Sequence record: ON185586.1
Reading direction: 5' to 3' (one strand)
Length of the DNA: 50,477 nt
Source of the DNA: Escherichia phage EC125
Below are positions 9,733 through 20,018 of the stretch, in pieces. Every line of letters begins with the position of its first letter. Position 1 is the first letter of the stretch. The notes under the pieces are model-generated. The model saw only the letters and a program-made list of their open reading frames with translations. It was not told where the DNA came from and did no database searches. The position numbers and the translations under genes were made by a program.

Positions 9733-10395
9733 ATGCACTTGCCTAATGGTTCTCAAATTTTCATCGGCGTTAATATGGGTGAGCCAATTAGCGCTACTGA
9801 TATTTCAAACGCTAAAGATCCGGTTTTTACTGTTAGTAATTCACAGCAGATCAAAAAAGGTGCTTATGTTCTGATTGAAACGTCTTCCTGGGGTAAACTG
9901 GTTAGTCGTGTGTTGCGGGTAAAAGAAGTATCTGATAACGCAAGCGTAACTCTTGAAGGTGTAGACACAACCGATCAAAACGTATTTCCGGCTGGTTCTA
10001 ATACAGCAACTTTCCGAGAGGTGAAATCTTGGGTAGAGGTTCCTTGCGTACAGGATCTTGCGCAGGACGGCGGCGAGCAACAGTATTACACTTATCAGTG
10101 TTTGGCTGATGACCAGGAACAGCAGTTGCCGACCTACAAGAGCGCCGTTTCTCTTACCTATACTTTCGCGCATGAATATGATAATCCGATTTATCCGATC
10201 TTGCGCGAGGCTGAGGAATCCGGCGACGTAACCGCTTTGCGTATGTACGTGCCGAAAGCTAAAGAGATGCGTTGCTGGGCTGGCGTATTGTCTTTTAATG
10301 ACATTCCGCAAACAACTATGAACGAAATGGAAACTGTTTCCCTTTCTGTATCTCTGAAAGGCCGATTCACGTTCTTACCTTCCGACGTTAAGTAA
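9733..10395 (+). CDS. major tail (tube) protein
   Basis: 220 aa; GGAGG RBS; followed by terminator and chaperone G/G-T pair. Confidence 0.55.
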   Translation: MHLPNGSQIFIGVNMGEPISATDISNAKDPVFTVSNSQQIKKGAYVLIETSSWGKLVSRVLRVKEVSDNASVTLEGVDTTDQNVFPAGSNTATFREVKSWVEVPCVQDLAQDGGEQQYYTYQCLADDQEQQLPTYKSAVSLTYTFAHEYDNPIYPILREAEESGDVTALRMYVPKAKEMRCWAGVLSFNDIPQTTMNEMETVSLSVSLKGRFTFLPSDVK

Positions 10396-10400
10396 AACAA

Positions 10401-10421
10401 GGGGCGTTGCGCCCCTTTTTT
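10401..10421 (+). terminator. intrinsic terminator after major tail gene
   Basis: GGGGCGTTGCGCCCC then TTTTTT. Confidence 0.6.
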
Positions 10422-10460
10422 CATTCCTGTAAAATCAATCTATCAAATAAATTAATTCCA

Positions 10461-10480
10461 CTTTTAACAAAAAGTGCTAT
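10461..10480 (-). promoter_or_regulatory. 21-bp element, inverted copy abutting RBS of tail chaperone gene
   Basis: TTTTAACAAAAAGTGCTAT directly followed by AAGGAG. Confidence 0.5.
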
Positions 10481-10494
10481 AAGGAGATCTTAAG

Positions 10495-10812
10495 ATGGCA
10501 AAGATGAAACTAACGTTAGGCCCACTGCCTGATTTTAAGCTGCCTGTTTCTTTCGTGCTTCCAAATGGTGATGAGCAAGTTATTGTTTTTACCGTGCGCC
10601 ACAAGAAGGCAAGCGAAATTCACGAACGATACACGGCAGAAAAGCCGATGAGCGACGTAGAAATGATCACCTTCCTTGCTTCCGGTTGGGATCTGGAAGA
10701 TGAATTTAACGAGGAAAACGTTGCTAAATTGCTGGATTATTACCCGTCTGCGTCATTATCGCTGACTGGTCATTATATGAAAGCACTTGCGGGGCAGCGG
10801 GTAAAAAACTAA
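10495..10812 (+). CDS. tail assembly chaperone (lambda gpG-like)
   Basis: 105 aa directly upstream of tape measure; ends 3 nt after slippery A_AAA_AAC. Confidence 0.65.
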   Translation: MAKMKLTLGPLPDFKLPVSFVLPNGDEQVIVFTVRHKKASEIHERYTAEKPMSDVEMITFLASGWDLEDEFNEENVAKLLDYYPSASLSLTGHYMKALAGQRVKN

Positions 10813-11129
10813 AGCGGGCGGTTTACCTGTTTTACCTCAAGCCGCCAACTGACGCACAATTAGAGGCCGTCGGCCTATCCCGTTCAGACTACGAAGGGGA
10901 GGAGCCGCCGGAGGTAATTTTTGATGAATCAATGTTTCAATCTTGGGATCTGTTTTGCGCTATGCAGACGCAATGGAGATCGACTAGCGGCAGTGTGTAT
11001 GGGTTCGACTATAACGTTTTGCCTATGCTTTTTGACATTTACAAGATTGAGGATCGGGAGATGGCGCTAAATGATTTGCGCATCATGGAACAAAAGGCGC
11101 TAGAAATGATTCATTCAAACAAAACATAA
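10495..11129 (+). CDS. tail assembly chaperone fusion (gpGT-like) via programmed -1 frameshift
   Basis: heptamer AAAAAAC at 10803-10809; the -1 frame is open from there to 11129 and includes the 65-aa track ORF 10932-11129. Confidence 0.55.
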
Positions 11130-11150
11130 GCGCCGCGAGGCGCTTTTTTA
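11129..11150 (+). terminator. intrinsic terminator / attenuator before tape measure gene
   Basis: AGCGCCGCGAGGCGCT then TTTTTT. Confidence 0.5.
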
Positions 11151-11168
11151 ATATCTGGAGGTTTTAAA

Positions 11169-13850
11169 ATGGCTGAAAAATACGCTGGCCTAACGCTAGG
11201 CGTTGACGTGTCGCAGGTCAACAATGCTGTTAAATCATTGCAGCAATTCAAGAAGGCAAACGACGACGCAAAAAAAAGCGTTAATGAATTTGTTGATTCT
11301 GAGGTTGTGGCCCGACAGCAAGCAAAACAGCTTGCCGAAGAACTGGCGCGCCAGAAAGCAGAATTTAAGAAAATCCAGGAGTCAATTGATCCCACTGCAT
11401 CAAAGATGGATAAGCTGCGAAAGGCAGCGACACAGCTTGATGCGCTATGGAAAAAGGGCGTTGTTCCTGATCAGACTTTTTTTGAGCTTGGGGCAATTCT
11501 TGAGACGCAGCAAAACAAGCTGATCGCAACCAAAAAAGCGATGACAGAGGAAGGCCGCGCGGCGCTTGAGGAATCAAAGAACAAGGCGCGTGCAGCGGAA
11601 GAGGCTAAAAAATTCGTCCAGGCTTTGCGTGAGCAGGAAGAAGCAGCAGGAAAAAGCAAGTCTGAATTGCTGGAAATGAAAGCGGCACAGCTTGGAGTTA
11701 GCCAGGAGGCAGCACCTTACATCGCAAGGCTGAAAGAGCAGGAAAAGCAGATCCAGAAACTTGGGATTTCTACAGGCCAATACAAACAAGCAATGGCGCA
11801 ATTGCCAATGCAGATCACAGACGTGGTGACTTCACTTGCTTCTGGTATGCCAGTTTGGTTGGTCGCAGTCCAGCAGGGTGGACAGATCAAGGATTCTTTT
11901 GGTGGTGCATCCAATGCTTTAAAAGCGTTGCTATCTTTCCTGAATCCGGTAAACGTGGCGTTTGGCTTGCTTTCCGGCACGCTGGCAATTGCTGCATATA
12001 ATGCCTACAAAGCACAGACAGAGTTTGAGGCAATTAAAAAAACCGTTCAGGAAACAACAGGCTTGACTGGTGATTTTGCCGAAAAGATTGCTACCGGAAT
12101 CCAGGAGCTTTCCGACAAGACAGGCGAAAGCGCCGAAGATCTGGCAAAGGCTTACATCACCACGAAAGACGGCGTGAGCGAGGCGATTAAAAAACTGGTT
12201 GACGTTGGCATGACTTATGATGACGCAAAAAAGAAAGTCAACGAGTACAAAGGCGCATCTAGCTTTGTCAGCTTGAATAACGAAATTGCAAACCACAAAA
12301 ACAAAGTCCTTGAGTTGGGCGATTCGTGGTATGAGGTTTTGAAAGCGAAGCGTGATTACGCTTCCCCGTCCGGCGGCCTGTTAGGTAAGGAGCTTGGCTA
12401 TGTTAACCCTATGCTTAAGTTTGCACTTAACACTTATGAAGACATTGGAAAGGTCGTAAAAGATGCGAATAAGGACATGGCTGAACGAGCGGAGCGAATC
12501 GACAAAGAAAACCTGGCCTTAAACAGAGTGCGCGCAGCACAGGAGGCTTTAAACAAAGCCATTGAGGATCAGAAAAATGTGGCGCGTTCGGCTGATGAAG
12601 AACTGAAAAAGCGAGCGGCTGAAAACGTGGAGTTTAGGCGCAAAGAGCTTGAGGAAATCAAGAAGCAGGAGCAGAAAAAGAAAGAGGCTAAAGGTGGAAT
12701 AGTTCGCGGCCCGACTGAGCAGCTTGATAAAGAGTTGTACGTTTTAAAAGCGCAACTGGAGATGCTTAAAGAGCATCGCACTGTTAACGATGTTATTTCT
12801 CGCCAGCGTAAATCATTATGGAGTATCGAAAAGCAGATCGAGATCCTGGAGGAAGCGCAGAGCAAGCGTAAATTGACCGGAGCGGAACAGGCGCTACTAA
12901 ACGAGCAAAAAGCCGTTCTTGAAATGGCAAGGCAAAAAGCGGAGCTAGGGGATCAGATTGTTTTACAGGAGCGCAAAAACAAGCTGGAGCAAGATAGCAT
13001 TAAGTTTATCCGTGAAACTCAGGCGGCTATTGATGTGCTTGGCCTTAAGCAACTTGGCTACACTGAAAAGCAGATCGAGCGTGAGCTAGAGTTACGCAAG
13101 CTGCGCACCGACTACGAGGCGCAAGGCGGAAGCGTTAGCGATGAAGTTTTTCAGCAAATGGAGGCGAAACTTAAGCAGTATTATCAGACACAGGATGAGG
13201 TTCAAGGCAACTGGTTGGCAGGAGCAAAAAACGCATGGGAGATGTTCGCGGAAGATGCAAACAATGCCTATGGCAATGTTCAGCAGATCGCAAGCGAGGC
13301 GTTAAACGGCCTTACAAACCAATTAGCGAATTTTATCGCTACTGGCAAGGCAAACTTTAAAGACTTCTCGACGGCTATCATCAAAATGATTATTCAGATG
13401 ATCACGAAAATGGTCGTCTTTAATGCGTTATCTGGCCTGATGGGTGGTCAAACCTGGACGATGGGGAGCTTGCTTAAGAATATTGGCGGATTTGCTGGCG
13501 GTGGATACACTGGAGACGGCGGGAAGTATGAGCCAGCCGGAATTGTCCATAAAGGTGAATTTGTCATGACGAAGGAGGCGACGCAGCGTATCGGGGTAGG
13601 AAACTTGTACCGCATGATGCGAGGCTATGCTAACGGCGGCGTTGTTGGTAGTTCCGGCTATACTGGCGGTGGCGCTGTAACTGGTGGAGCACCTCAATTT
13701 AACATCGGCGGGATTGATGTTAGCATCACTAACGGAAACGATCCGAAGGGCATCGAAACTGGTGTTAAGATGATCTTTACTGATATGATTAAACGTTCCT
13801 GTATGCAGGGCGGCGATGTTTACGAATTTGTTATGAGCAAGCGAGGTTGA
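11169..13850 (+). CDS. tail tape measure protein
   Basis: 893 aa; long coiled-coil-rich N-terminal region, Gly-rich C-terminal region; canonical position. Confidence 0.85.
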   Translation: MAEKYAGLTLGVDVSQVNNAVKSLQQFKKANDDAKKSVNEFVDSEVVARQQAKQLAEELARQKAEFKKIQESIDPTASKMDKLRKAATQLDALWKKGVVPDQTFFELGAILETQQNKLIATKKAMTEEGRAALEESKNKARAAEEAKKFVQALREQEEAAGKSKSELLEMKAAQLGVSQEAAPYIARLKEQEKQIQKLGISTGQYKQAMAQLPMQITDVVTSLASGMPVWLVAVQQGGQIKDSFGGASNALKALLSFLNPVNVAFGLLSGTLAIAAYNAYKAQTEFEAIKKTVQETTGLTGDFAEKIATGIQELSDKTGESAEDLAKAYITTKDGVSEAIKKLVDVGMTYDDAKKKVNEYKGASSFVSLNNEIANHKNKVLELGDSWYEVLKAKRDYASPSGGLLGKELGYVNPMLKFALNTYEDIGKVVKDANKDMAERAERIDKENLALNRVRAAQEALNKAIEDQKNVARSADEELKKRAAENVEFRRKELEEIKKQEQKKKEAKGGIVRGPTEQLDKELYVLKAQLEMLKEHRTVNDVISRQRKSLWSIEKQIEILEEAQSKRKLTGAEQALLNEQKAVLEMARQKAELGDQIVLQERKNKLEQDSIKFIRETQAAIDVLGLKQLGYTEKQIERELELRKLRTDYEAQGGSVSDEVFQQMEAKLKQYYQTQDEVQGNWLAGAKNAWEMFAEDANNAYGNVQQIASEALNGLTNQLANFIATGKANFKDFSTAIIKMIIQMITKMVVFNALSGLMGGQTWTMGSLLKNIGGFAGGGYTGDGGKYEPAGIVHKGEFVMTKEATQRIGVGNLYRMMRGYANGGVVGSSGYTGGGAVTGGAPQFNIGGIDVSITNGNDPKGIETGVKMIFTDMIKRSCMQGGDVYEFVMSKRG

Positions 13851-13852
13851 TA

Positions 13853-14203
13853 ATGAAGCTGGATCAGTTTAAGTGGTGTACGCAGGTTCAGAATGGTGGC
13901 GGGGCCATGACGTCATCGAATAACGATCGAGAGATTGCATTCGGTAACGGATACACACAGGTAGCATCTGGAGGTTTTAACACAATCCGGCGAGAGTTCA
14001 GCATTGTTTACGCTGGGCTTGATTACAGAGATGTTGTCAAGTTCCTGAATGAGCACAGGATAAAACCTTTCTTGTGGATCATGCCAGATGGAAGCCCTGG
14101 ATTGTTTAGGGTGAAAAGCGGTAGTGTCGGCCTTACTCCATTGTCGCCAACCGTTCAGGAAGTAAAAGCCACTTTTACGGAACAATTTACATCAATGCAG
14201 TAA
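13853..14203 (+). CDS. minor tail protein (lambda gpM-like)
   Basis: ATG at 13853 after GAGG; about 116 aa; order M-L-K-I-J. Confidence 0.7.
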   Translation: MKLDQFKWCTQVQNGGGAMTSSNNDREIAFGNGYTQVASGGFNTIRREFSIVYAGLDYRDVVKFLNEHRIKPFLWIMPDGSPGLFRVKSGSVGLTPLSPTVQEVKATFTEQFTSMQ

Positions 14204-14207
14204 TTTA

Positions 14208-14231
14208 AAGCCGCCTTTGTGCGGCTTTTTT
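14208..14231 (+). terminator. intrinsic terminator
   Basis: AAGCCGCCTTTGTGCGGCTT then TTTTT. Confidence 0.55.
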
Positions 14232-14265
14232 CTTGATGTTACAATGAGCAAAAAGGAGGTAGAAA

Positions 14266-15027
14266 ATGGCTAATAAAGAATCAGGTAGAGTTGAATTTGA
14301 GAACTGCCTACAAAGTTTGTACCCAGGCGAAATTATAACGCTTGTAGAGATTGACGGGACGAAGTTCGGAGCAAATATTTACCGATTTCACAATGAGAAC
14401 ATCTCTTATACTGCCGAAGAATTAATGCAAGCGCAGCAAACCGGAATATTGCCGCCGAAAGATATTATTTTTCAGGGTGAGGTTTACGGAGCGCGGCCTT
14501 TCGGTGTGAGCGGTATTAACTTCACAAGTAACGGCAGGGCAGATAAGCCTCAGCTTATAGTGTCAAACCTTGACAGCAGGGTGAGCGCCATGATCAGAAA
14601 TTACAATGGCATGATGCAAGCAAAGGTGACTTTCTGGATAACGGCAAAGGAATTTATCGGAGAAGGCGGAGCAATCAAAGATGGCGCTTACAGAAAATTG
14701 GTTTATTACATTGAGCGCCCAAGCCAGTACAATAGAGAGATAGCGAAATTTGATCTAACATCGCCTTACGATATGGATGGACTGATGATCCCGCCGCGCA
14801 TCACTCAAAGCGTTTGCTATTGGGCGCAAAGGGGATGGTACAGGAGCGGAAAGGGTTGCTCTTATAACGGATCGGCAATGTTCGATAAAGACAATAAGCC
14901 AGTAACAGATCCATCACAAGACTATTGCGCCGGAACTGTAACGGCTTGCAAATTGAGATTCGGTCAGCAAAACGAGTTGGATTTCGGCGGTTGCGCGGTG
15001 GCGTCACTGCTACGGAGGAATCAATAA
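14266..15027 (+). CDS. minor tail protein (lambda gpL-like)
   Basis: 253 aa; position. Confidence 0.75.
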   Translation: MANKESGRVEFENCLQSLYPGEIITLVEIDGTKFGANIYRFHNENISYTAEELMQAQQTGILPPKDIIFQGEVYGARPFGVSGINFTSNGRADKPQLIVSNLDSRVSAMIRNYNGMMQAKVTFWITAKEFIGEGGAIKDGAYRKLVYYIERPSQYNREIAKFDLTSPYDMDGLMIPPRITQSVCYWAQRGWYRSGKGCSYNGSAMFDKDNKPVTDPSQDYCAGTVTACKLRFGQQNELDFGGCAVASLLRRNQ

Positions 15028-15758
15028 TGATTAGTGCAAAAATTAAACTTGAAATAATGCAGCACGTTAAAGAGGAATACCCTAAAGAGGCTTGCGGCGT
15101 CATAACTCAAAAGTCACGGGTACAGAAATATCACCGCATAACCAACGTGCATGACGATCCAGAAAATCATTTTGAAATGGACGCCGTAGAATACGCTGAA
15201 TCGCTCGACAAAGGCGAATTAATCGCGGTGGTGCATTCCCATTGCGGGGATGGTGCTAGTACGATACCGAGCGCGCACGACTCATGTATGTGCGATGAAA
15301 TGGGTGTATCGTGGATTATAGTTTCATGGCCCGAAGGTGATATGAGAATTGTCGAGCCGCAGGAGAGGCCGCTTATCGGTCGCCCGTGGTCGCTGGGGTC
15401 GTTCGATTGCTGGGGTCTTATCATGGCATGGCATAAACAGCACGGAGTAGTATTGAATGACTTCCGAAAACCTTACGAGTGGTGGAAGTCAGAATATGGT
15501 GAAAATCTTTACCAGGATAATTATTTGAAAGAGGGATTTATTGAAACTAACGAGCCTCCAAAACCTGGTGATATGGTGATTATGCAGCTATCATCGCCAG
15601 TCTGGAATCATGCGGGGATTTATTTGGGTAACAATCAGCTATTACATCATGCGTTTGGAAAGCTATCTCGCATTGACTTGTATTCTGGATGGTATCAGGA
15701 GCACACTGTAAAAATTTGCCGACATAAGGATCTGAAATATGACATTGAAAGTAATTAA
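15027..15758 (+). CDS. tail assembly protein (lambda gpK-like, MPN/JAB + NlpC/P60)
   Basis: ATG overlapping gpL stop (TAATG); HSHCGDG...SAHDSCMCD metal-site-like motif; Cys/His peptidase-like C-terminal half. Confidence 0.75.
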   Translation: MISAKIKLEIMQHVKEEYPKEACGVITQKSRVQKYHRITNVHDDPENHFEMDAVEYAESLDKGELIAVVHSHCGDGASTIPSAHDSCMCDEMGVSWIIVSWPEGDMRIVEPQERPLIGRPWSLGSFDCWGLIMAWHKQHGVVLNDFRKPYEWWKSEYGENLYQDNYLKEGFIETNEPPKPGDMVIMQLSSPVWNHAGIYLGNNQLLHHAFGKLSRIDLYSGWYQEHTVKICRHKDLKYDIESN

Positions 15759-16335
15759 ACTATCTGGTTCCCTGGGGCGTAGATTTGGCGTCTTTCACAA
15801 AATGGCGGTTGACTCATACCCCGAAGCAATACGAGCGTTATCTTCCCAGGTTGATGGGTTCAAAGACTACATGCAAAGCGAAGTAGGATCGCGAATGAAG
15901 TATGCTGTATTTGTTGATGGAAAAAACGTTAGTCAGCATGATGAAAAATCATGGAAGTGCGCGCGAGAGGTTCGAATAGTTCCCGTTCCAACTGGTTCTA
16001 AGTCCGGCGGCCTGTTCAATGTTGTTTTTGGTGCTGTAATTATGGCTACTGCGTTCTTTACTGGTGGTGCAAGCCTGGCGGCTATGGGCGCTTTTGCATC
16101 TTCCGCATTTATGATGGGTGGGGCTATCGCGTTGGGCGGTGTAATGCAAATGATCTCACCGCAGCAGGGAGGAATGAAACTGCAAAGCCAATCAGCAGAA
16201 AACAAGCCTTCTTACGCTTTCGGCGGTGCTGTAAATACCACGGCGGCAGGTTATCCGGTTCCTTTGCCATATGGATATAGGACAGTAGGCGGCGCAATCT
16301 GGTCGGCTGGTAGCTACGCAGAAGATAAAGCATAA
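15739..16335 (+). CDS. tail assembly protein (lambda gpI-like)
   Basis: 198 aa; Gly/Ala-rich hydrophobic C-terminal half; position. Confidence 0.65.
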   Translation: MTLKVIKLSGSLGRRFGVFHKMAVDSYPEAIRALSSQVDGFKDYMQSEVGSRMKYAVFVDGKNVSQHDEKSWKCAREVRIVPVPTGSKSGGLFNVVFGAVIMATAFFTGGASLAAMGAFASSAFMMGGAIALGGVMQMISPQQGGMKLQSQSAENKPSYAFGGAVNTTAAGYPVPLPYGYRTVGGAIWSAGSYAEDKA

Positions 16336-16341
16336 AAAAAT

Positions 16342-16364
16342 ACCCGCCTTGCGCGGGTTTTTTT
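16342..16364 (+). terminator. intrinsic terminator before gene J
   Basis: ACCCGC...GCGGGT then TTTTTTT. Confidence 0.55.
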
Positions 16365-16377
16365 GTGCATTTATAAT
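16349..16377 (+). promoter_or_regulatory. possible promoter upstream of gene J (TTGCGC-17-TATAAT)
   Basis: -10 TATAAT inside palindrome TGCATTTATAATGTGCA; weak -35. Confidence 0.3.
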
Positions 16378-16413
16378 GTGCAAACCAAGAAACAGCACAA
16401 AAGGTTAAAAGTC

Positions 16414-19400
16414 ATGGCTAAATATATGATAAGCGGCAGTAAGGGCGGAAGCAAAAAGCCATACGTGCCAAAAGAGATGGAAGATAACCTGATCTCGATA
16501 AACAAGATTAAAGTTTTGCTGGCTGTATCTGATGGCGAGTGCGATCCAGATTTCACGTTGCGCGATCTTTATCTTGATGATGTTCCGGTTATTGCCAGCG
16601 ATGGCACTGTTAACTACGAGGGTGTTACTGCTGAATATCGACCAGGTACGCAGACGCAAGATTACATCCAGGGGTTTACTGACACATCAAGCGAGGTGAC
16701 AGTTGCAAGAGATATTACCGGAGACAATCCTTATGTTATTTCTGTTACAAATAAAAATCTATCTGCGGTAAGAATAAAGATCCTGATGCCAGTAGGCATT
16801 AAAACAGAGGATAACGGCGATCTTGTTGGCGTAAGGGTTGAGTATGCCGTAGATATGGCTGTTGATGGCGGTTCTTATAGCGAGGTTATGAGAGATGTAA
16901 TTGACGGCAAGACAAGATCAGGATACGACCGCAGCAGAAGGATTGATCTTCCTAAGTTTGATGAGCGCGTTTTAATCCGAGTAAAGCGACTGACTCCAGA
17001 CAGCACATCTTCAAAGGTGACTGATAAAATCAAGCTGCAAAGTTACGCTGAGGTTGTTGATGCAAAATTCCGCTATCCTCTGACTGGACTTGTATTCGTA
17101 GAATTTGACAGCGAATTGTTTCCTACGCAAATCCCTAACATTTCTATAAAAAAGAAATGGAAGATTATTAATGTGCCAAGCAACTATGATCCAATATCAA
17201 GAGAATATCACGGGTCATGGGATGGGACTTTTAAAAAAGCGTGGTCAAATAATCCTGCTTGGGTTCTTTATGATCTGGTGACAAATCAGCGTTATGGACT
17301 TGATCAGCGAGAGTTAGGAATACAGATCGACAAGTGGAGCTTATACGAGGCTGGCGTTTACTGCGATCAGAAAGTTCCAGACGGTAAAGGCGGCACTGAG
17401 CCTCGCTACCTATGCGATGTGGTGATTCAGAATCAAGTTGAGGCTTATCAGCTAATCCGTGACATTTGCTCAATCTTTCGCGGAATGAGTTTTTGGAATG
17501 GTGAGAGCTTATCAATCGTGATTGATAAGCCGCGCGATCCATCATACGTGTTTACTAATGAAAACGTCATCAACGGTGATTTTCAGTACACAAACGCAAG
17601 CGAAAAAAGCATGTACACGCAGTGTAACGTGACGTTTGACGACGAACAAAACATGTATCAGCAGGACGTAGAGGGGGTTTTTGATACTGAGGCGGCATTA
17701 CGATTTGGATACAACCCAACAAGCATTACAGCGATCGGGTGTACGCGCAGGAGCGAAGCGAATCGTCGCGGTCGTTGGGTTTTGAAAACAAACCTTAGAA
17801 GCACTACTGTAAACTTTGCTACCGGACTAGAGGGGATGATTCCATCAATAGGTGATGTTATTGCTATCGCTGATAATTTTCAGAGTAGCAACCTAACGTT
17901 AAACCTATCGGGCCGAGTAATGGAAGTTTCAGGGCTGCAGGTTTTCGTTCCGTTTAAGGTTGATGCTCGCCCTGGTGATTTTATTATCATCAACAAGCCG
18001 GACGGCAAGCCAGTTAAGCGCACGATCTCAAAGGTTAGCGCAGACGGAAAAACCATTGAGTTAAATATTGGATTTGGTTTTGATGTTAATCCTGATACTG
18101 TTTTTGCGATTGACCGTACTGATCTTGCGTTGCAGCAATACGTTGTGACAACCATCAGCAAGGGTGATGACGAAAACGAGTTTACCTATTCAATCACGGC
18201 TGTAGAGTACGATCCGAACAAATACGACGAGATTGATTATGGAGTAAACATTGATGACAGACCGACTTCAATTGTTCAGCCTGACGTGATGGCAGCGCCT
18301 GAGAACGTTAAGATCTCATCTTATTCTCGCGTCGTGCAGGGTGTTAGCGTTGAGACTATGGTTGTTTCATGGGATAAGGTTCCTTACGCATCGCTTTATG
18401 AAATGCAGTGGCGAAAAGGTGATGGTAACTGGCTGAATACGCCGCAGACCGCTAACAAAGAGATAGAGGTAGAAGGGATTTACTCTGGCAACTACCAAGT
18501 AAGGGTGAGATCCGTTTCTGCAAGCGGTAACGCTTCCCCGTGGTCAAAGATTGCAACCGCCACTCTGACAGGTAAAGTTGGCGAGCCAGGAGCGCCGATT
18601 AATCTTACGGCTTCTGATAATGAAGTTTTTGGCATTCGTGTCAAATGGGGTATGCCGGAAGGATCAGGCGATACGGCTTACATTGAGCTTCACCAATCGC
18701 CAGACGGAACGGTTGAAAACTCAAGTCTGCTTACGCTGATTCCATATCCTCAATATGAGTATTGGCATAGCACGTTACCAGCGGGGCAAGTTGTATGGTA
18801 TAGAATCCGCAGCGTTGACAGAATAGGCAACGTTTCAAGCTGGACTGACTTTGTTCGCGGCATGGCGTCAGATGACGTTGAATCTGTTTTGGGCGACATT
18901 CTGGACAAGATTTTTGATACAGAAGCTGGTCAAGAAATCAAAGAGAACGCCATAGACAGTGCCAATAAAATCAAAGACCAGGCGCAATCAATCATACAGA
19001 ACGCGTTGGCAAATGATGCAGATGTGAAGTGGACGCGAGTGCAAAACGGAAAGCGCAAGGCTGAATATGGTCATGCTCTTGAGCTTATCGCCAATGAAAC
19101 AGAAGCGCGCGTAACTCAAATCGAAGAGTTAAGGGCTTCAATTGATGGCGAGATAACATCAAGCATCAAGACAGTGCAGGAGGCAATTGCCACTGAATCA
19201 GAGACGCGAGCGACTCAAATTCAGCAGCTTGATTCTAAATTCACAAAAGAAATCGACGGCGTGCGCAAGGATACTTCTGCAAGCATTAGCGATGTAAGGC
19301 AGACAATCACTAACGAGTCAGAAGCGCGCGCTCAGGCCGTTCAGCAGCTTGACGCTAAGTTCACGAAAGAGATAAACGACCTTGACGGAGTTATCAAAAC

Positions 19401-19992
19401 AGAAGTCGAGGCTAACATCTCAGAAGTGAAACAGGCGATCGCCAATGAGACAGAGGCAAGGGTTCAGGCTGACCAGGCATTAACAGCACGATTTGGCGAC
19501 GTTGAATCTGCATTGGTTGAAAAGTTGGATTCTTGGGCGAGCGTTGATTCAGTTGGGGCTAAATACGCTATGAAACTTGGCCTTACTTACAAAGGCCAGC
19601 AATACAGCGCAGGAATGGTGATGCAGCTTTCGCAGGGTTCATCCGGCCTTATCTCGCAAATTTTGTTTGATGCTAACAGGTTCGCCATTATGACTAGCTC
19701 TACTGGAGGGACTTTTACTTTGCCTTTCGTGGTTGAGAATAATCAGGTTTTCATTAATAGTCTTTTGGTGAAGAACGGTTCAATCACTAATGCGATGATT
19801 GGTAATGTGATTCAGTCAAACAACTTTGTTCAAAACCAGCAAGGATGGAGGCTTGATAAAAACGGAATCTTTGAGAATTACGGATCAACGCCAGGAGAAG
19901 GAGCTACTAAATTCACCAATGAGGGATTGAAGGTAAAAGATGCAAACGGAGTATTGAGGGTTGAAGTCGGAAGGATTACCGGAAGCTGGTAA
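16414..19992 (+). CDS. central tail fibre / host specificity protein (lambda gpJ-like)
   Basis: track ORF starts at 16363; ATG at 16414; about 1190 aa; FN3-like region; followed by bidirectional terminator. Confidence 0.85.
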   Translation: MAKYMISGSKGGSKKPYVPKEMEDNLISINKIKVLLAVSDGECDPDFTLRDLYLDDVPVIASDGTVNYEGVTAEYRPGTQTQDYIQGFTDTSSEVTVARDITGDNPYVISVTNKNLSAVRIKILMPVGIKTEDNGDLVGVRVEYAVDMAVDGGSYSEVMRDVIDGKTRSGYDRSRRIDLPKFDERVLIRVKRLTPDSTSSKVTDKIKLQSYAEVVDAKFRYPLTGLVFVEFDSELFPTQIPNISIKKKWKIINVPSNYDPISREYHGSWDGTFKKAWSNNPAWVLYDLVTNQRYGLDQRELGIQIDKWSLYEAGVYCDQKVPDGKGGTEPRYLCDVVIQNQVEAYQLIRDICSIFRGMSFWNGESLSIVIDKPRDPSYVFTNENVINGDFQYTNASEKSMYTQCNVTFDDEQNMYQQDVEGVFDTEAALRFGYNPTSITAIGCTRRSEANRRGRWVLKTNLRSTTVNFATGLEGMIPSIGDVIAIADNFQSSNLTLNLSGRVMEVSGLQVFVPFKVDARPGDFIIINKPDGKPVKRTISKVSADGKTIELNIGFGFDVNPDTVFAIDRTDLALQQYVVTTISKGDDENEFTYSITAVEYDPNKYDEIDYGVNIDDRPTSIVQPDVMAAPENVKISSYSRVVQGVSVETMVVSWDKVPYASLYEMQWRKGDGNWLNTPQTANKEIEVEGIYSGNYQVRVRSVSASGNASPWSKIATATLTGKVGEPGAPINLTASDNEVFGIRVKWGMPEGSGDTAYIELHQSPDGTVENSSLLTLIPYPQYEYWHSTLPAGQVVWYRIRSVDRIGNVSSWTDFVRGMASDDVESVLGDILDKIFDTEAGQEIKENAIDSANKIKDQAQSIIQNALANDADVKWTRVQNGKRKAEYGHALELIANETEARVTQIEELRASIDGEITSSIKTVQEAIATESETRATQIQQLDSKFTKEIDGVRKDTSASISDVRQTITNESEARAQAVQQLDAKFTKEINDLDGVIKTEVEANISEVKQAIANETEARVQADQALTARFGDVESALVEKLDSWASVDSVGAKYAMKLGLTYKGQQYSAGMVMQLSQGSSGLISQILFDANRFAIMTSSTGGTFTLPFVVENNQVFINSLLVKNGSITNAMIGNVIQSNNFVQNQQGWRLDKNGIFENYGSTPGEGATKFTNEGLKVKDANGVLRVEVGRITGSW

Positions 19993-19996
19993 AAAA

Positions 19997-20014
19997 GGGG
20001 GCATAGCCCCCTTT
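19997..20014. terminator. bidirectional terminator between J and the leftward operon
   Basis: A-run, GGGGGCATAGCCCCC, T-run. Confidence 0.6.
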
Positions 20015-20018
20015 AATT

